In this document: piece by piece, positions 20,538 through 30,452 of the stretch
Layout: every line of letters begins with the position of its first letter
Position numbering within the stretch: the first letter of the stretch is position 1
From: an uncultured Chloroflexia bacterium
GTDB lineage: Bacteria > Chloroflexota > Limnocylindria > Limnocylindrales > CSP1-4
Direction of reading: 5' to 3'
DNA length: 64,000 bases
Assembly (NCBI GenBank): GCA_963752475.1
Contig: CAVVYR010000006.1
Span: 672,001-736,000 of the forward strand
Position numbers and translations under genes: made by a program
Notes under the pieces: model-generated
What the model saw: the letters and a program-made list of their open reading frames with translations, nothing else
What the model was told of the DNA's origin: nothing
Databases searched by the model: none

Positions 20538-20735
20538 CGTGCGCGACGGCCCTGAAGCGGGCGCTCATCAGGACTAGCATTCGCGGTCTACGAGACCGTC
20601 GCGGCCTCTCGCGTTGGAGGGCGCCGAGGGAGGAGGGCAGCGAAGGCTTGTGATGGCCGGGCGCGCACGCGCCCCGGTATCCGTTTCCATGGAACTTCTC
20701 GTCCGAAGTCCGGGCGGGATCAAGGAGGAGGTGTG

Positions 20736-22133
20736 ATGCACCTGAATCGCAAGACGGCCGTCTTGGGCGCCACGTTGGCGACCGCGGCCCTGACACTAAG
20801 TAGCCTCGGCGTAGCCGCCCAGACCCCGGGTGTGCCCGAGGTCCCGACCGGCTACGCAGAGCTGGACCTCTCCCTCGGTGAGGATCAGCCTTACGCCGGC
20901 AACCGGGTCACCATGCAGACCCAGTGGGTCGGCGGCGAGGGCGACAGCTTCCGCGACGCGGTGGCCGCGTACTCCGAGGCGTCCGGCATCCAGATCGACA
21001 TCGCCGAGGTCCCGTCGGGCCAGCACGAGACGCTCGTGAACGTGTCCCTCAACGGCGGCGCCGCTGCTGACATCATCCAGCTGGCGCAGCCGGCTGCGAT
21101 CATCAGCTACGGCGAAGCCGGCCAGATCCTTGAGCTGTCGTCGATCCTCGACGTGGAGAAGCTGAGCTCCGAGCAGCCCGCGCTGTCCGCGTACAGCACC
21201 GCCGACGGCGGGGTCTGGGCCCTCCCGTACCGCGTCGACACCAAGTCGGTCGTGTGGTACCCGATCAAGGCCTTCGAGGATCGCGGCTACGCGGTCCCGC
21301 AGACCTGGGACGAGCTGATCGCACTGTCCGACCAGATCATCGCCGACGGCGAGGGCGCTCCCTGGTGCCTCGGTATCGACGCCGGCCCGGCCACCGGTTG
21401 GATCGCTACCGACTGGCTCGAGGACGTGATGCTTCGCACAGCGGGCGTCGATGCCTACAACGCGTGGGTCACCAACGATCTCAAGTTCAACTCTCCCGAA
21501 GTGATGAACGCCATGGACATCGTGGGCCAGGTCTTCTTCACCGACGGCTACGTGCTCGGTGGATCTACGGCCATCCTGGCCACCTCCCAGGTGGACCCGA
21601 TGGACCCGATGTTCAACGACGACACGATGAACCCCGGCTGCTGGATGCAGCGCCAGGCCACCTGGTACGGCCCCGACTTCTTCCCGGATGCGAAGGCCGG
21701 CGATGGCACCAGCCAGTACGTGATCGGTGAGGACATCGGTCTCTTCTACCTGCCGCCGATCGATCCTGCCCAGGGCGCGCCCCTTCTCGGCGCCGGCGAT
21801 GGCCTCATGGTCACCGCTGATCGCCCCGAGGTTCGTGCCGTGGCGCAGTTCCTGGCTACCCCCGCGGGTGCCGAGAACTGGATCAAGGGTGTGGGCATGA
21901 CCAGCGCGAACTCGACTACCCCGGCCGAGTGGTCCGCTGGCAACTACAAGCTCGAGACCGCGGCCAACATCGTGGCCAACGCGACCTCCCTGAGCTTCGA
22001 CGCCTCCGACCTGATGCCCGCCTCGGTGGGTGCCGGCAGCTTCTGGAACGAGATGGTCAACTGGATCGCCGACGGTGGTGAGAACACCGAGGCGCGCCTG
22101 CAGGCCATCGACGACAGCTGGCCGGCCGAGTAA
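20736..22133 (+). CDS. Carbohydrate ABC transporter substrate-binding protein (AglE-like)
   Basis: AAGGAGGAG RBS; signal peptide; KSVVWY, ATGWIATDWLED, FDASDLMP. Confidence 0.9.
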   Translation: MHLNRKTAVLGATLATAALTLSSLGVAAQTPGVPEVPTGYAELDLSLGEDQPYAGNRVTMQTQWVGGEGDSFRDAVAAYSEASGIQIDIAEVPSGQHETLVNVSLNGGAAADIIQLAQPAAIISYGEAGQILELSSILDVEKLSSEQPALSAYSTADGGVWALPYRVDTKSVVWYPIKAFEDRGYAVPQTWDELIALSDQIIADGEGAPWCLGIDAGPATGWIATDWLEDVMLRTAGVDAYNAWVTNDLKFNSPEVMNAMDIVGQVFFTDGYVLGGSTAILATSQVDPMDPMFNDDTMNPGCWMQRQATWYGPDFFPDAKAGDGTSQYVIGEDIGLFYLPPIDPAQGAPLLGAGDGLMVTADRPEVRAVAQFLATPAGAENWIKGVGMTSANSTTPAEWSAGNYKLETAANIVANATSLSFDASDLMPASVGAGSFWNEMVNWIADGGENTEARLQAIDDSWPAE

Positions 22134-22152
22134 CCCGGCCTTCCCGATCGAT

Positions 22153-22213
22153 TGACTCAGGTCACGCCTGAGTGAAACGCGTGGGGGAGCGGCGAACGCA
22201 TCGTCGCCCCCCA
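22153..22213 (+). terminator. Intergenic stem-loops after the SBP gene
   Basis: CTCAGG-tcacg-CCTGAG and GGGGG…CCCCC hairpins. Confidence 0.5.
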
Positions 22214-22258
22214 TGCAAGCCCTGAACCAGATCACCGGTACACCGCAGGAGGGAGCGA

Positions 22259-23440
22259 GTGACGAACGGGACCAAGCCCCCGGTCGAGTACGAGGACTCT
22301 GCGCTGAGGGCGTTCCTCGTACCGGTCGGCGCCATCCTTGCTGGTGTCGGCCTGGCGATCGGCATCTACTACCTTGTCATCGACAAACAGGCTGCGGCCA
22401 ACACCGCCGCCGTGATCTTCGAGCTGCTCGGCAACCAGACCGAGGCCGACATGCTGCGTGCAGGAAGCGGCAACACGGTCGTGCCCAAGCTCATCCTTGC
22501 TGCCATCGCCCTGGGCGTGGGCCTAGGCGGCACCTGGTTCTTCTTCATCGGCCTCAATTCCGTGGTCATGCGCATGGGCGACCGCTGGCGCAACCGCTTG
22601 CTGCCGTGGGTCTTCGTCGGTCCTGCGCTCCTGCTGCTCACGCTTTGGCTCGTCTGGCCGGTCATCTCGACCATCTTCATGTCGTTCACCGAAGGCGCGG
22701 GCGCGGCGAACTGGGAATGGGCGCTGACGAATCCGTCCAACCACCAGATGTACATCAACAACTTCCTCTGGCTGATCGTGGGCGTCGGTGGTGCCGTCGG
22801 CCTGGGGCTCTTCATCGCCTGGCTGGTAGACCGGCTCCGCGGTGAATCGCTGGCCAAGACGTTCATCTTCCTGCCGCTGGCCATCTCACTCGTCGGCGCG
22901 TCGGTCATCTGGCGCTTCGTCTACGCCTGGCGTCCCCCGGGGCAGCCACAGTACGGCCTGCTCAACGCCATCGTCGAGGGCCTCGGCGGCGACCCGATCG
23001 CCTGGATCCAGACACCCGACTTCCGGCTGAACACGTTTGCGCTCATCGCCATCCTCATCTGGCTCCAGACGGGCTTCGCGATGGTCGTGCTCAGCGCAGC
23101 CATCAAGGGCGTGCCGGATGAGATCCTCGAAGCGGCAGACCTCGACGGCGCCTCAGAACGGCAGAAGTTCACACGCATCATCGTGCCCATGATCCGCGGC
23201 TCGCTGATCATGGTGACCATCACCGTCGCCATCACGGTGCTGAAGGTCTTCGACATCGTCTTCGTCATGACCGGCGGCCGCTTCAATACGGACGTGGTGG
23301 CCAATCAGATGTATGTGCAAGCGTTCCAGTTCTTCGACACCGGACGAGCGTCCGTGCTCGCAGTCGTGCTCTTCCTGGCTGTGCTGCCGCTGGCGCTGCT
23401 CAACGTTCGGAACATCCGTAAGCAGGGGATGGCGGCATGA
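22259..23440 (+). CDS. Carbohydrate ABC permease
   Basis: Multi-TM; EAADLDGA EAA motif. Confidence 0.92.
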   Translation: MTNGTKPPVEYEDSALRAFLVPVGAILAGVGLAIGIYYLVIDKQAAANTAAVIFELLGNQTEADMLRAGSGNTVVPKLILAAIALGVGLGGTWFFFIGLNSVVMRMGDRWRNRLLPWVFVGPALLLLTLWLVWPVISTIFMSFTEGAGAANWEWALTNPSNHQMYINNFLWLIVGVGGAVGLGLFIAWLVDRLRGESLAKTFIFLPLAISLVGASVIWRFVYAWRPPGQPQYGLLNAIVEGLGGDPIAWIQTPDFRLNTFALIAILIWLQTGFAMVVLSAAIKGVPDEILEAADLDGASERQKFTRIIVPMIRGSLIMVTITVAITVLKVFDIVFVMTGGRFNTDVVANQMYVQAFQFFDTGRASVLAVVLFLAVLPLALLNVRNIRKQGMAA

Positions 23441-24315
23441 CGGCAGCCAACGCAGCGGGCCCGGCCAAGTCCCGATCGCGATTCGGTTCCTGGCCCAAGC
23501 GCATCACGGTCCTGCTCCTGGTCGTGCTCTGGTCACTGCCCACGGTGGGCATCCTCATCAGCTCGTTCCGTGATGCACGTGCCATCACCACCACGGGCTG
23601 GTGGACGGCCTTGTTCAATCCGTTCCAGGAAGACTGGACCCTCATCAACTACGAGCAGGTGTTGGGCAGCGAAAACATGGCCAACGCCTTCATCAACAGC
23701 CTCATCGTGACCATCCCCAGCACGATCATCCCCATCACTGTGGCGGCCTTCGCGGCCTACGCCTTCGCCTGGATGCGGTTCCCGCTCCGGGGCACGCTCT
23801 TCCTGTTGGTGGTGGCGCTGCTGGTCGTGCCGTTGCAGATGGCTCTGATCCCAGTGCAACAGCTGTATTCCGCGCTGGGAATCAACAATACGTTCGTGAG
23901 CGTGTGGCTGGCGCACACCGCCTTCGGTCTGCCGCTCGCGATCTTCCTGCTCTACAACTTCATCAGCCAGTTACCGGGCGATCTCTTCGAGACTGCCAGC
24001 ATCGATGGCGCTACGCACTTCCAGATGTTCACGAAGGTCGTGCTGCCGCTGTCGATCCCGGCCCTGGCGGCCTTTGCGATCTTCCAGTTCCTGTGGGTCT
24101 GGAATGACCTGCTGGTGGCCCTGACGTACCTCGGCGGACTACCGGATCAGTCGGTCATGACCCTCGAGCTGTCTCGGCTCGTGGGCGGTCGTGGGCAGCA
24201 ATGGCATCTGCTCACCGCGGGAGCCTTCATCACGATGCTCCTACCGGTGACCGTGTTCCTGCTGCTTCAGCGGTACTTCGTTCGTGGGATCCTTGCTGGC
24301 TCGGTCAAGGGCTAG
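23437..24315 (+). CDS. Carbohydrate ABC permease
   Basis: ETASIDGA, WVWNDLL, QRYFVRG. Confidence 0.92.
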   Translation: MTAANAAGPAKSRSRFGSWPKRITVLLLVVLWSLPTVGILISSFRDARAITTTGWWTALFNPFQEDWTLINYEQVLGSENMANAFINSLIVTIPSTIIPITVAAFAAYAFAWMRFPLRGTLFLLVVALLVVPLQMALIPVQQLYSALGINNTFVSVWLAHTAFGLPLAIFLLYNFISQLPGDLFETASIDGATHFQMFTKVVLPLSIPALAAFAIFQFLWVWNDLLVALTYLGGLPDQSVMTLELSRLVGGRGQQWHLLTAGAFITMLLPVTVFLLLQRYFVRGILAGSVKG

Positions 24316-24345
24316 CGATGCATTCATCGGGGAGGTGTCCGGCCG

Positions 24346-26016
24346 GTGAGCTGGCCTTCCGCTCCTGATGGCACGCCGGCGCTGCGCCGGCGTGCACCCC
24401 GTCCAGCGCCGTTACTCCCCGAGGAGGCGGTGCTGGGCCAGTTATTGCCGTCCTTCGGTGGCACCGAGCCACCGGGATGGCTCCTTCGCCGCGTGGCAGC
24501 AGGTCACGCCCACGGTGTGACGGTCTTCCTGCGCGCGAACGCCGCCAGCGCCGACGGTCTCGCGTCACTCACGGAGGAACTGCACTCCGCAGCCCCGGGA
24601 CACCTGCCGCTGCTCATCGGCGCGGATCAGGAAGGCGGGCAACTGGTGGGGTTGGGTCACGACACGACCCGTTTCCCGGGTGCCATGGCGCTCGGGGCGG
24701 CCGATGATGCGACGCTGACCGAGGCCACCGGTCGGGCCATGGGCCGCGAGCTCCGAGCCCTCGGCATCACCGTCGACTACGCTCCTGTTTGCGACGTCGC
24801 GGTGGAGCCGGAGAACGTGTCGCTGGGCACCCGCGCTTTCGGCTCTCACCCGGCCATGATCGGGCGGCATGCGGCGGCCCTGACGCGAGGCCTGCAGGAA
24901 GGCGGCGTCGTCGCGACGCCCAAGCACTTCCCGGGTTTCGGCGCCGTCGATGCCGATCCGCATTTCGAGCTGGCCTCGATCGACCTCGACCTCGAGGGGC
25001 TCGAGAGTCGCGAGCTGGTGCCCTTCCGGGCCGCCATCGGCGCGGGTGCAGGCATGGTCATGTCCGGACACGTGGCGCTGCCGGCAGTGACCGGCGATCG
25101 TGCCCTGCCAGCCACCGTCTCGCGCCTCGTGATGCACGAACTACTACGCAACCAGCTCGGCTTCAACGGCGTCTCGATCACCGACGCCATGGACATGAAG
25201 GCCGTGGCTCAGGGGGTCGGCGGCGTGGTCGACAGCATCGTGGCGATTCGTGCGGGCGTCGACCTGCTCCTGATGACGCCCGAGCGCACGGCCCAGAAGC
25301 GGCTCGAGGACGGGCTGCGACAGGCTGCCGTTCGCGGTCTGATACCGGCCAGCCGCGTGCGTGCCTCCCAGCGGCGTCTCCTGCGGCTGCGGCGTTGGTT
25401 GAAGCACTTCACCTGGCCCGAGCGCGCCTACGTGCGGAGCCAGGGTCATCGCGATCTGGCGCGGCGATCGGCGATTGCGGCTCTGACCCTCGTCCGCGAC
25501 GAGGCCGGCCTGTTGCCATTGCGCCCCGAGGCCGGAGCGACCGTCCTGGTCATCACCCCGCAGCCGCGAGAGCTGACCCCGGCCGACTCGTCCGCGGACG
25601 AGCCCCTGGCCCTGGCCGACGCGGTCAGCCGGTATCACGCTGAGGTGATGGATCTGCGGGTCCCGTCCGAGCCGACCGAAGACGACATCCGGGCCGCCCG
25701 CGAGGCGGCTTCCGGCGCCGACGCCGTCATCGTGGCCACGCTGGCAACCAACGTGCAGCCCAGTCAGGCGCGGCTCGTCGAAGCGATCCTGGAGACCGGC
25801 ACGCCGACCGTGACCATAGCCATGCGAACGCCCTACGACCTTGCCGACTACCCGCGGTCGGCGACCCACCTGTGCTCCTACTCGATCGTGCCGGCAAGCG
25901 TCGGCGCGGTCGCGGACGCGCTCTTCGGCCAGACGCCCATCGGCGGCCGGCTACCGGTGGACATCCCGGGTCTCTACCCACGCGGGCATGGTATGGAGGT
26001 ATCCCAGTGGCCCTGA
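24346..26016 (+). CDS. nagZ: GH3 beta-N-acetylhexosaminidase (two-domain NagZ-like)
   Basis: DQEGG, KHFPGFGAVDADPH, TDAMDM; start uncertain. Confidence 0.85.
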   Translation: MSWPSAPDGTPALRRRAPRPAPLLPEEAVLGQLLPSFGGTEPPGWLLRRVAAGHAHGVTVFLRANAASADGLASLTEELHSAAPGHLPLLIGADQEGGQLVGLGHDTTRFPGAMALGAADDATLTEATGRAMGRELRALGITVDYAPVCDVAVEPENVSLGTRAFGSHPAMIGRHAAALTRGLQEGGVVATPKHFPGFGAVDADPHFELASIDLDLEGLESRELVPFRAAIGAGAGMVMSGHVALPAVTGDRALPATVSRLVMHELLRNQLGFNGVSITDAMDMKAVAQGVGGVVDSIVAIRAGVDLLLMTPERTAQKRLEDGLRQAAVRGLIPASRVRASQRRLLRLRRWLKHFTWPERAYVRSQGHRDLARRSAIAALTLVRDEAGLLPLRPEAGATVLVITPQPRELTPADSSADEPLALADAVSRYHAEVMDLRVPSEPTEDDIRAAREAASGADAVIVATLATNVQPSQARLVEAILETGTPTVTIAMRTPYDLADYPRSATHLCSYSIVPASVGAVADALFGQTPIGGRLPVDIPGLYPRGHGMEVSQWP

Positions 26017-27038
26017 TCGACGAGATCCGCGAACAGCCCGAGGTCGCCGCTCGGCTGTTGAGCGAAGCCGGCCCGGAGGTGGCGGCCATCTGCGAGGCCA
26101 TCCGAGCGGCCGACCCGGCACACGTCGTCATCGCGGCTCGCGGCACGTCGGATCATGCCGCCATCTACGCCCAGTACGCCTTCGGTGTGATGGCCGGCAT
26201 CAGCGTCGGCCTGGCCACGCCCAGCGTGCACTCGCTGTACGGCGCCTCGCCGGACTACAGCCGGGCGCTCGTCATCGGCATCAGCCAGTCGGGCGCTTCA
26301 CCGGATGTCGTCGGCGTCATCCGTGCGGCCCGGGACCAGGGTGCCATCACGCTGGCCATCACCAACACGCCCGGCTCCGACATGGCCGAAGCCGCGAAGC
26401 ACCACATCGCGTTGCGTGCCGGACCCGAGCGAGCGATCGCGGCGACCAAGACCTACACCGCGACGCTGCTCGTGTTGGCCATGCTCACCGCCGGTCTGTC
26501 CAAGGTCGATGCCGAGTCCGACCTGGCGCTGGTGCCCGAGGCCCTCGCCGCCACGCTCGACCAGGACGACGAGGCTGCTCGCATCGCGGCCGACATGAGC
26601 TCGCTGGATCGTTGCGTCATCCTCGGGCGCGGCTACCACTACGCCACCGCGCGCGAGTGGTCCCTGAAGCTCAAGGAGCTGAGCTACACGCTCGCGGACC
26701 CGTACTCCTCGGCTGACTTCATCCATGGTCCGTTGGCGCTCATCGAAGCCGGCTTCCCGACCTTCTGCGTGGCTCCGCGCGGCGCCACCGAGGGTGACAC
26801 GGCGGAGGTCATCGAGCGGCTCAGCAAGCTCGAGGCTCACTTGCTTATCGCCTCGGATGACGCCGCGGTACGGGCCAAGGGCACGTGGTCGCTGGCACTC
26901 CCGGAGACGCTGCCCGAGTGGCTCATGCCCATCGTCTCGATCGTGCCTGGCCAGCTGCATGCGAGGCACGTGACCATGGCCAAGGGCGGCGACCCCGAGC
27001 AACCTCGCTCTATCAGCAAGGTCACCCTCACCAACTAG
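26007..27038 (+). CDS. Double-SIS protein, glucosamine-6-phosphate deaminase (NagB-II/GlmS C-terminal-like)
   Basis: EIREQP, ARGTSDHA, SQSGASPD, AATKTY, LKLKE, SKVT; GGAGG RBS before GTG 26007. Confidence 0.88.
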   Translation: MALIDEIREQPEVAARLLSEAGPEVAAICEAIRAADPAHVVIAARGTSDHAAIYAQYAFGVMAGISVGLATPSVHSLYGASPDYSRALVIGISQSGASPDVVGVIRAARDQGAITLAITNTPGSDMAEAAKHHIALRAGPERAIAATKTYTATLLVLAMLTAGLSKVDAESDLALVPEALAATLDQDDEAARIAADMSSLDRCVILGRGYHYATAREWSLKLKELSYTLADPYSSADFIHGPLALIEAGFPTFCVAPRGATEGDTAEVIERLSKLEAHLLIASDDAAVRAKGTWSLALPETLPEWLMPIVSIVPGQLHARHVTMAKGGDPEQPRSISKVTLTN

Positions 27039-27152
27039 GATGCCGTTTGGACGCCGCCGCCAGTCATTCTTGGCGGACATCCACCCGGCGACTTCCTTCA
27101 GCCATCCCGGCGCCCGGCTTCATCCTCCCGAGACTGGGCTGACGCTCGAGGC

Positions 27153-27184
27153 GCTTCGATCCGCTTCGATCCGCTTCGATCCGC
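27153..27184. repeat. Tandem repeat, 10-bp unit GCTTCGATCC x3
   Basis: Read directly in sequence. Confidence 0.85.
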
Positions 27185-27335
27185 CGCTGCCGGGCGCCGA
27201 TCCATCCGCTGGACATTCGATGACGCTCTGCGGCACCGTCTGAGTGCCCCACGGTTGGCCTGACGCTCAAGATGCTGGTTAGGCCCGGCTCGAGCGTCCA
27301 GCTGGTCTCCCCGGGATGAGAGGCCATCCGGGCAT

Positions 27336-27392
27336 GGTGAGCCGACCCTTTGAGGGTGAGCCAACCCTTAGAGGGTGAGCCAACCCCTGGAG
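27336..27392. repeat. Tandem repeat, 19-bp unit x3
   Basis: GGTGAGCCGACCCTTTGAG / GGTGAGCCAACCCTTAGAG / GGTGAGCCAACCCCTGGAG. Confidence 0.85.
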
Positions 27393-27440
27393 GGCACGTG
27401 CGCGGACCCACGACGTCTCGCCAGCGGCTACGCTGCGCGG

Positions 27441-28268
27441 ATGGGGGATGACCGTGCCGACCGTGGCGCTCTGACCGGTGGCCTGCCGTACAACCGTGTC
27501 GGCTCCGGACTGCCGGTCGTGGTACTGCAGGGGCTGACGTTCGAGAACCGCGCACAGAAGAGACTCGAATCACGCTTCACGCTGGGGCCCTATCGCCGCC
27601 TCGCCGAGCATCGAACGGTGTGGGTCGTCAATCGCCGCCCGGGGCTCGCTCGAGGCACGACGCTGAGCGACATGGCGGCCGACTACGCGCGCATGATCCG
27701 TGCCGAGTTCGAGCCACCGGTCGATGTCATCGGGCTTTCGAGTGGAGGGTCGATCGCGTTCTACCTCGCAGCAGAGCACCCTGACCTCGTACGCCGGCTC
27801 GTCATCCAGGACTGTGGCTGCCGCGCGACCGACTGGTCAAGGGACTGGGGCCGCGAGGTGGCGCGCGATGCCGAGGCACATGACTGGCGCGCGGTGTCGC
27901 GCCGGTTCATGCGGACTGTCCAGCCCGACAACGCCCTTGGCCGGACCGTGGCCTGGCTCTTCTCGCCACTCATGGCCATGAACGCCCCCGACGATCCCAC
28001 CGACATGGTCACGCTCCTCGAGGCCGAGGCGGACTTCGACTTCACCGACCGCCTGGCTGAGATCGAGGTACCGACGCTCGTGGCCTGCGGCGAGCTCGAT
28101 CCGTTCTCGGGCGCCGAGCTCGCACACGAGACCGCATCAGGGCTCCCGAATGGGGGCGCGGTGGTCTACGAGAGCCGGCGACATGGCGTCCGAGGCAAGG
28201 CCTTTGAGCGTGACTTGGTGGCATTCCTCGATCCCGCCGCACCCTTCCAACAGTCGACAAACCATTGA
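27441..28268 (+). CDS. Alpha/beta hydrolase
   Basis: GLSSGG nucleophile elbow, GELDP, terminal His; ATG 27441 after TACGCT. Confidence 0.85.
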   Translation: MGDDRADRGALTGGLPYNRVGSGLPVVVLQGLTFENRAQKRLESRFTLGPYRRLAEHRTVWVVNRRPGLARGTTLSDMAADYARMIRAEFEPPVDVIGLSSGGSIAFYLAAEHPDLVRRLVIQDCGCRATDWSRDWGREVARDAEAHDWRAVSRRFMRTVQPDNALGRTVAWLFSPLMAMNAPDDPTDMVTLLEAEADFDFTDRLAEIEVPTLVACGELDPFSGAELAHETASGLPNGGAVVYESRRHGVRGKAFERDLVAFLDPAAPFQQSTNH

Positions 28269-28293
28269 CAGACTTTAGACGTACTGATACCTT
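28254..28293 (+). promoter_or_regulatory. Sigma70 promoter of heliorhodopsin with 11-bp spaced TnGAC repeats
   Basis: TTGACA 28265-28270, 17-bp spacer, TG-n-TACCTT at 28288; TCGACA/TTGACA/TAGACG at 28254/28265/28276. Confidence 0.72.
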
Positions 28294-28340
28294 TCCCCAA
28301 ATCGTAGGATGAGCCAAAGCACCAAGGGGGAAATCTCCAC

Positions 28341-29162
28341 ATGACCGCCGCAGTCCCGACCGCCGAGCAGGTGGCCACCTCGATCCCGGACGATCGGGCG
28401 CACAGCCTCTTCCGCTGGAATGCGGTGCTGGCCGCGCTTCACGGGATCCAGGGCCTGATCATCCTGGCCCTAAGCTTCGCGCGCGACCCGATCGTCACAT
28501 CGCCGGTGGTCACGAGCTACCTGACGTTCGACACCGCGGCGGATACTCTCGTGCCGGCGCAGCGACTGCTGTTCGACCTGCCTATCGGTCCGGCCGTAGC
28601 TACGTTCTTCTTCCTCAGCGCCATCGCCCACGCTCTGCTGGCGTGGCCGCTACGTGCCTGGTACGAGAGGCGACTGGCTCGCGGCATCCAGCCCATGCGC
28701 TGGCTCGAATACGCGCTCAGCTCGAGCGTGATGATCGTGATCATCGCCGCTCTCGCGGGCATCCAGGAAGTGGGCACGCTGGTGGCCATCTTCGGCATCA
28801 ACGCGGCCATGAACCTCTTCGGCTGGTCCATGGAGCTGGCCAACGAAGGGCGCTCCAAGACGCAGTGGAGCCACTACATCTTCGGCTGCATCGCCGGTAT
28901 CGTGCCCTGGCTCGTCATCGGCATCTCGCTCTGGTCGGCTGCGACCGAGGCCAACGCCGAGCCCATCCCCGGCTTCGTCATCGGCATCTTCGTCTCGCTC
29001 TTCATCGCCTTCAACGTCTTCGCCATCACCATGATCCTGCAGTACGGCAAGGTCGGACGCTGGCGCGACTACCTCGTGGGCGAGAAGACCTACATGTTCC
29101 TGAGCCTCTTCGCCAAGACCATCCTGGCCTGGCAGGTGTTTGCGGGCACGCTCGCTCCGTAG
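28341..29162 (+). CDS. heR: Heliorhodopsin
   Basis: 7 TM; RWLEYALSSSVM (TM3), SLFAKTILAWQVF retinal Lys motif, conserved His in TM1 (LHGIQ) and TM2 (AIAH). Confidence 0.95.
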   Translation: MTAAVPTAEQVATSIPDDRAHSLFRWNAVLAALHGIQGLIILALSFARDPIVTSPVVTSYLTFDTAADTLVPAQRLLFDLPIGPAVATFFFLSAIAHALLAWPLRAWYERRLARGIQPMRWLEYALSSSVMIVIIAALAGIQEVGTLVAIFGINAAMNLFGWSMELANEGRSKTQWSHYIFGCIAGIVPWLVIGISLWSAATEANAEPIPGFVIGIFVSLFIAFNVFAITMILQYGKVGRWRDYLVGEKTYMFLSLFAKTILAWQVFAGTLAP

Positions 29163-29190
29163 CGCACCCGCCCGATGGCCGGTCTCGGGA

Positions 29191-30297
29191 TCAGAGGCCG
29201 GCCGACACGTTCCATAGATCGACGCCGGAGCCAGGAGTGGCGTAGCGGTCGATCTCGGCCAGCTCCTCGTCGCTGAAGGGCGCCCCGTCCAGCGCTCCGA
29301 CGCTGTCTTCGAGCTGCGCGGGTGAGCTGGCGCCGATGAGCGCGGAGCTCACGCGTGGGTCACGCAGGACCCACAGGATGGCCATCTGTGCGAGCGACTG
29401 GCCGCGTCTCTGGGCGATCTCGTTGAGCGCCCGGACGCGGGTGAGGTTCTCCTCGCTGAGCTGCTCGCCGAAGAGCGTCTTGTCCTGCGTCGCGCGCGAG
29501 CCTTCGGGCACGCCATCGAGGTACTTGTTCGTGAGCAGGCCCTGGGCCAGGGGCGAGAACGGGATGCAGCCGGCGCCAGCGGCCTCGAGCACGTCGAGAA
29601 GTTCGGCTTCGATCCAGCGGTTGAACATCGAGTAGTTCGGCTGGTGGATCAGCAGCGGCGTGCCCAGCTCGCGCAGGAGACGAGCGGCCTCGGCGGTCCG
29701 GGCCGGGGAGTAGGAGCTGATGCCGACGTACCGGGCCTTGCCCTGGTGGACGGCGGTGGCCAGCGCGCCCATCGTCTCCTCGAGCGGCGTGTCGAGGTCG
29801 ATGCGGTGGGAGTAGAAGATGTCGACGTGGTCGAGGCCCATGCGCTCGAGGCTCCGGTCGAGCGAGTCGAGGACGTGCTTGCGGTCGCCGCCCCAGCCCG
29901 ACGGGCCGGGCCACATGTGCCAGCCGGCCTTGGTGGTGATGATGAGCTCGTCGCGATAGGGCGCGAGGTCCTTGGCGAAGATGCGCCCGAAGTTCTCCTC
30001 CGAGGAGCCGAAGGGCGGGCCGTAGTTGTTGGCCAGGTCGAACTGGGTGATGCCCAGATCGAAGGCCGTACGGATGATCGCGCGCTGGCGGGCGAAGGGC
30101 GTGTCGTCGCCGAAGTTGTGCCACAGGCCCAGCGAGATGGCCGGCAGCTGCAGGCCACTGTTGCCGACGTAGCGGAACTGCGCGGCAGCGTAGCGGTCCT
30201 CGGCCGCCCAGTAGTGCGGCTGCAGGTCCTCGGCTGGGACCTCCGGCTTCTCTCGCGCGTCGCGCTCGGCGTCGGAATGGGCTGTGCGGTCGATCAT
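29191..30297 (-). CDS. Aldo/keto reductase (L-glyceraldehyde-3-phosphate reductase, YghZ/Gpr-like)
   Basis: SLGLWHNFG, FDLANNYGPP, YRDELIITTKAG, SPLAQGLLT; RBS before ATG 30297. Confidence 0.92.
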   Translation of the reverse strand: MIDRTAHSDAERDAREKPEVPAEDLQPHYWAAEDRYAAAQFRYVGNSGLQLPAISLGLWHNFGDDTPFARQRAIIRTAFDLGITQFDLANNYGPPFGSSEENFGRIFAKDLAPYRDELIITTKAGWHMWPGPSGWGGDRKHVLDSLDRSLERMGLDHVDIFYSHRIDLDTPLEETMGALATAVHQGKARYVGISSYSPARTAEAARLLRELGTPLLIHQPNYSMFNRWIEAELLDVLEAAGAGCIPFSPLAQGLLTNKYLDGVPEGSRATQDKTLFGEQLSEENLTRVRALNEIAQRRGQSLAQMAILWVLRDPRVSSALIGASSPAQLEDSVGALDGAPFSDEELAEIDRYATPGSGVDLWNVSAGL

Positions 30298-30452
30298 CGG
30301 TTCCTCCCCAGGCCCGTGGTCGGGCGTCGTCTTCGTCCTTCGATAGTAGGGGAGTGGAGCGCACGGTTTCACTTCGGTGACGATCGCATCGATCGGCCTG
30401 CGGGCCCCACGGGAGTCTCCGAGGCCGCCGCCGGCTCGGCTATCATCCGCCC

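Noticed and set aside
27336-27392. CRISPR array
   Set aside because: Units are contiguous 19-mers without spacers and no cas genes are present
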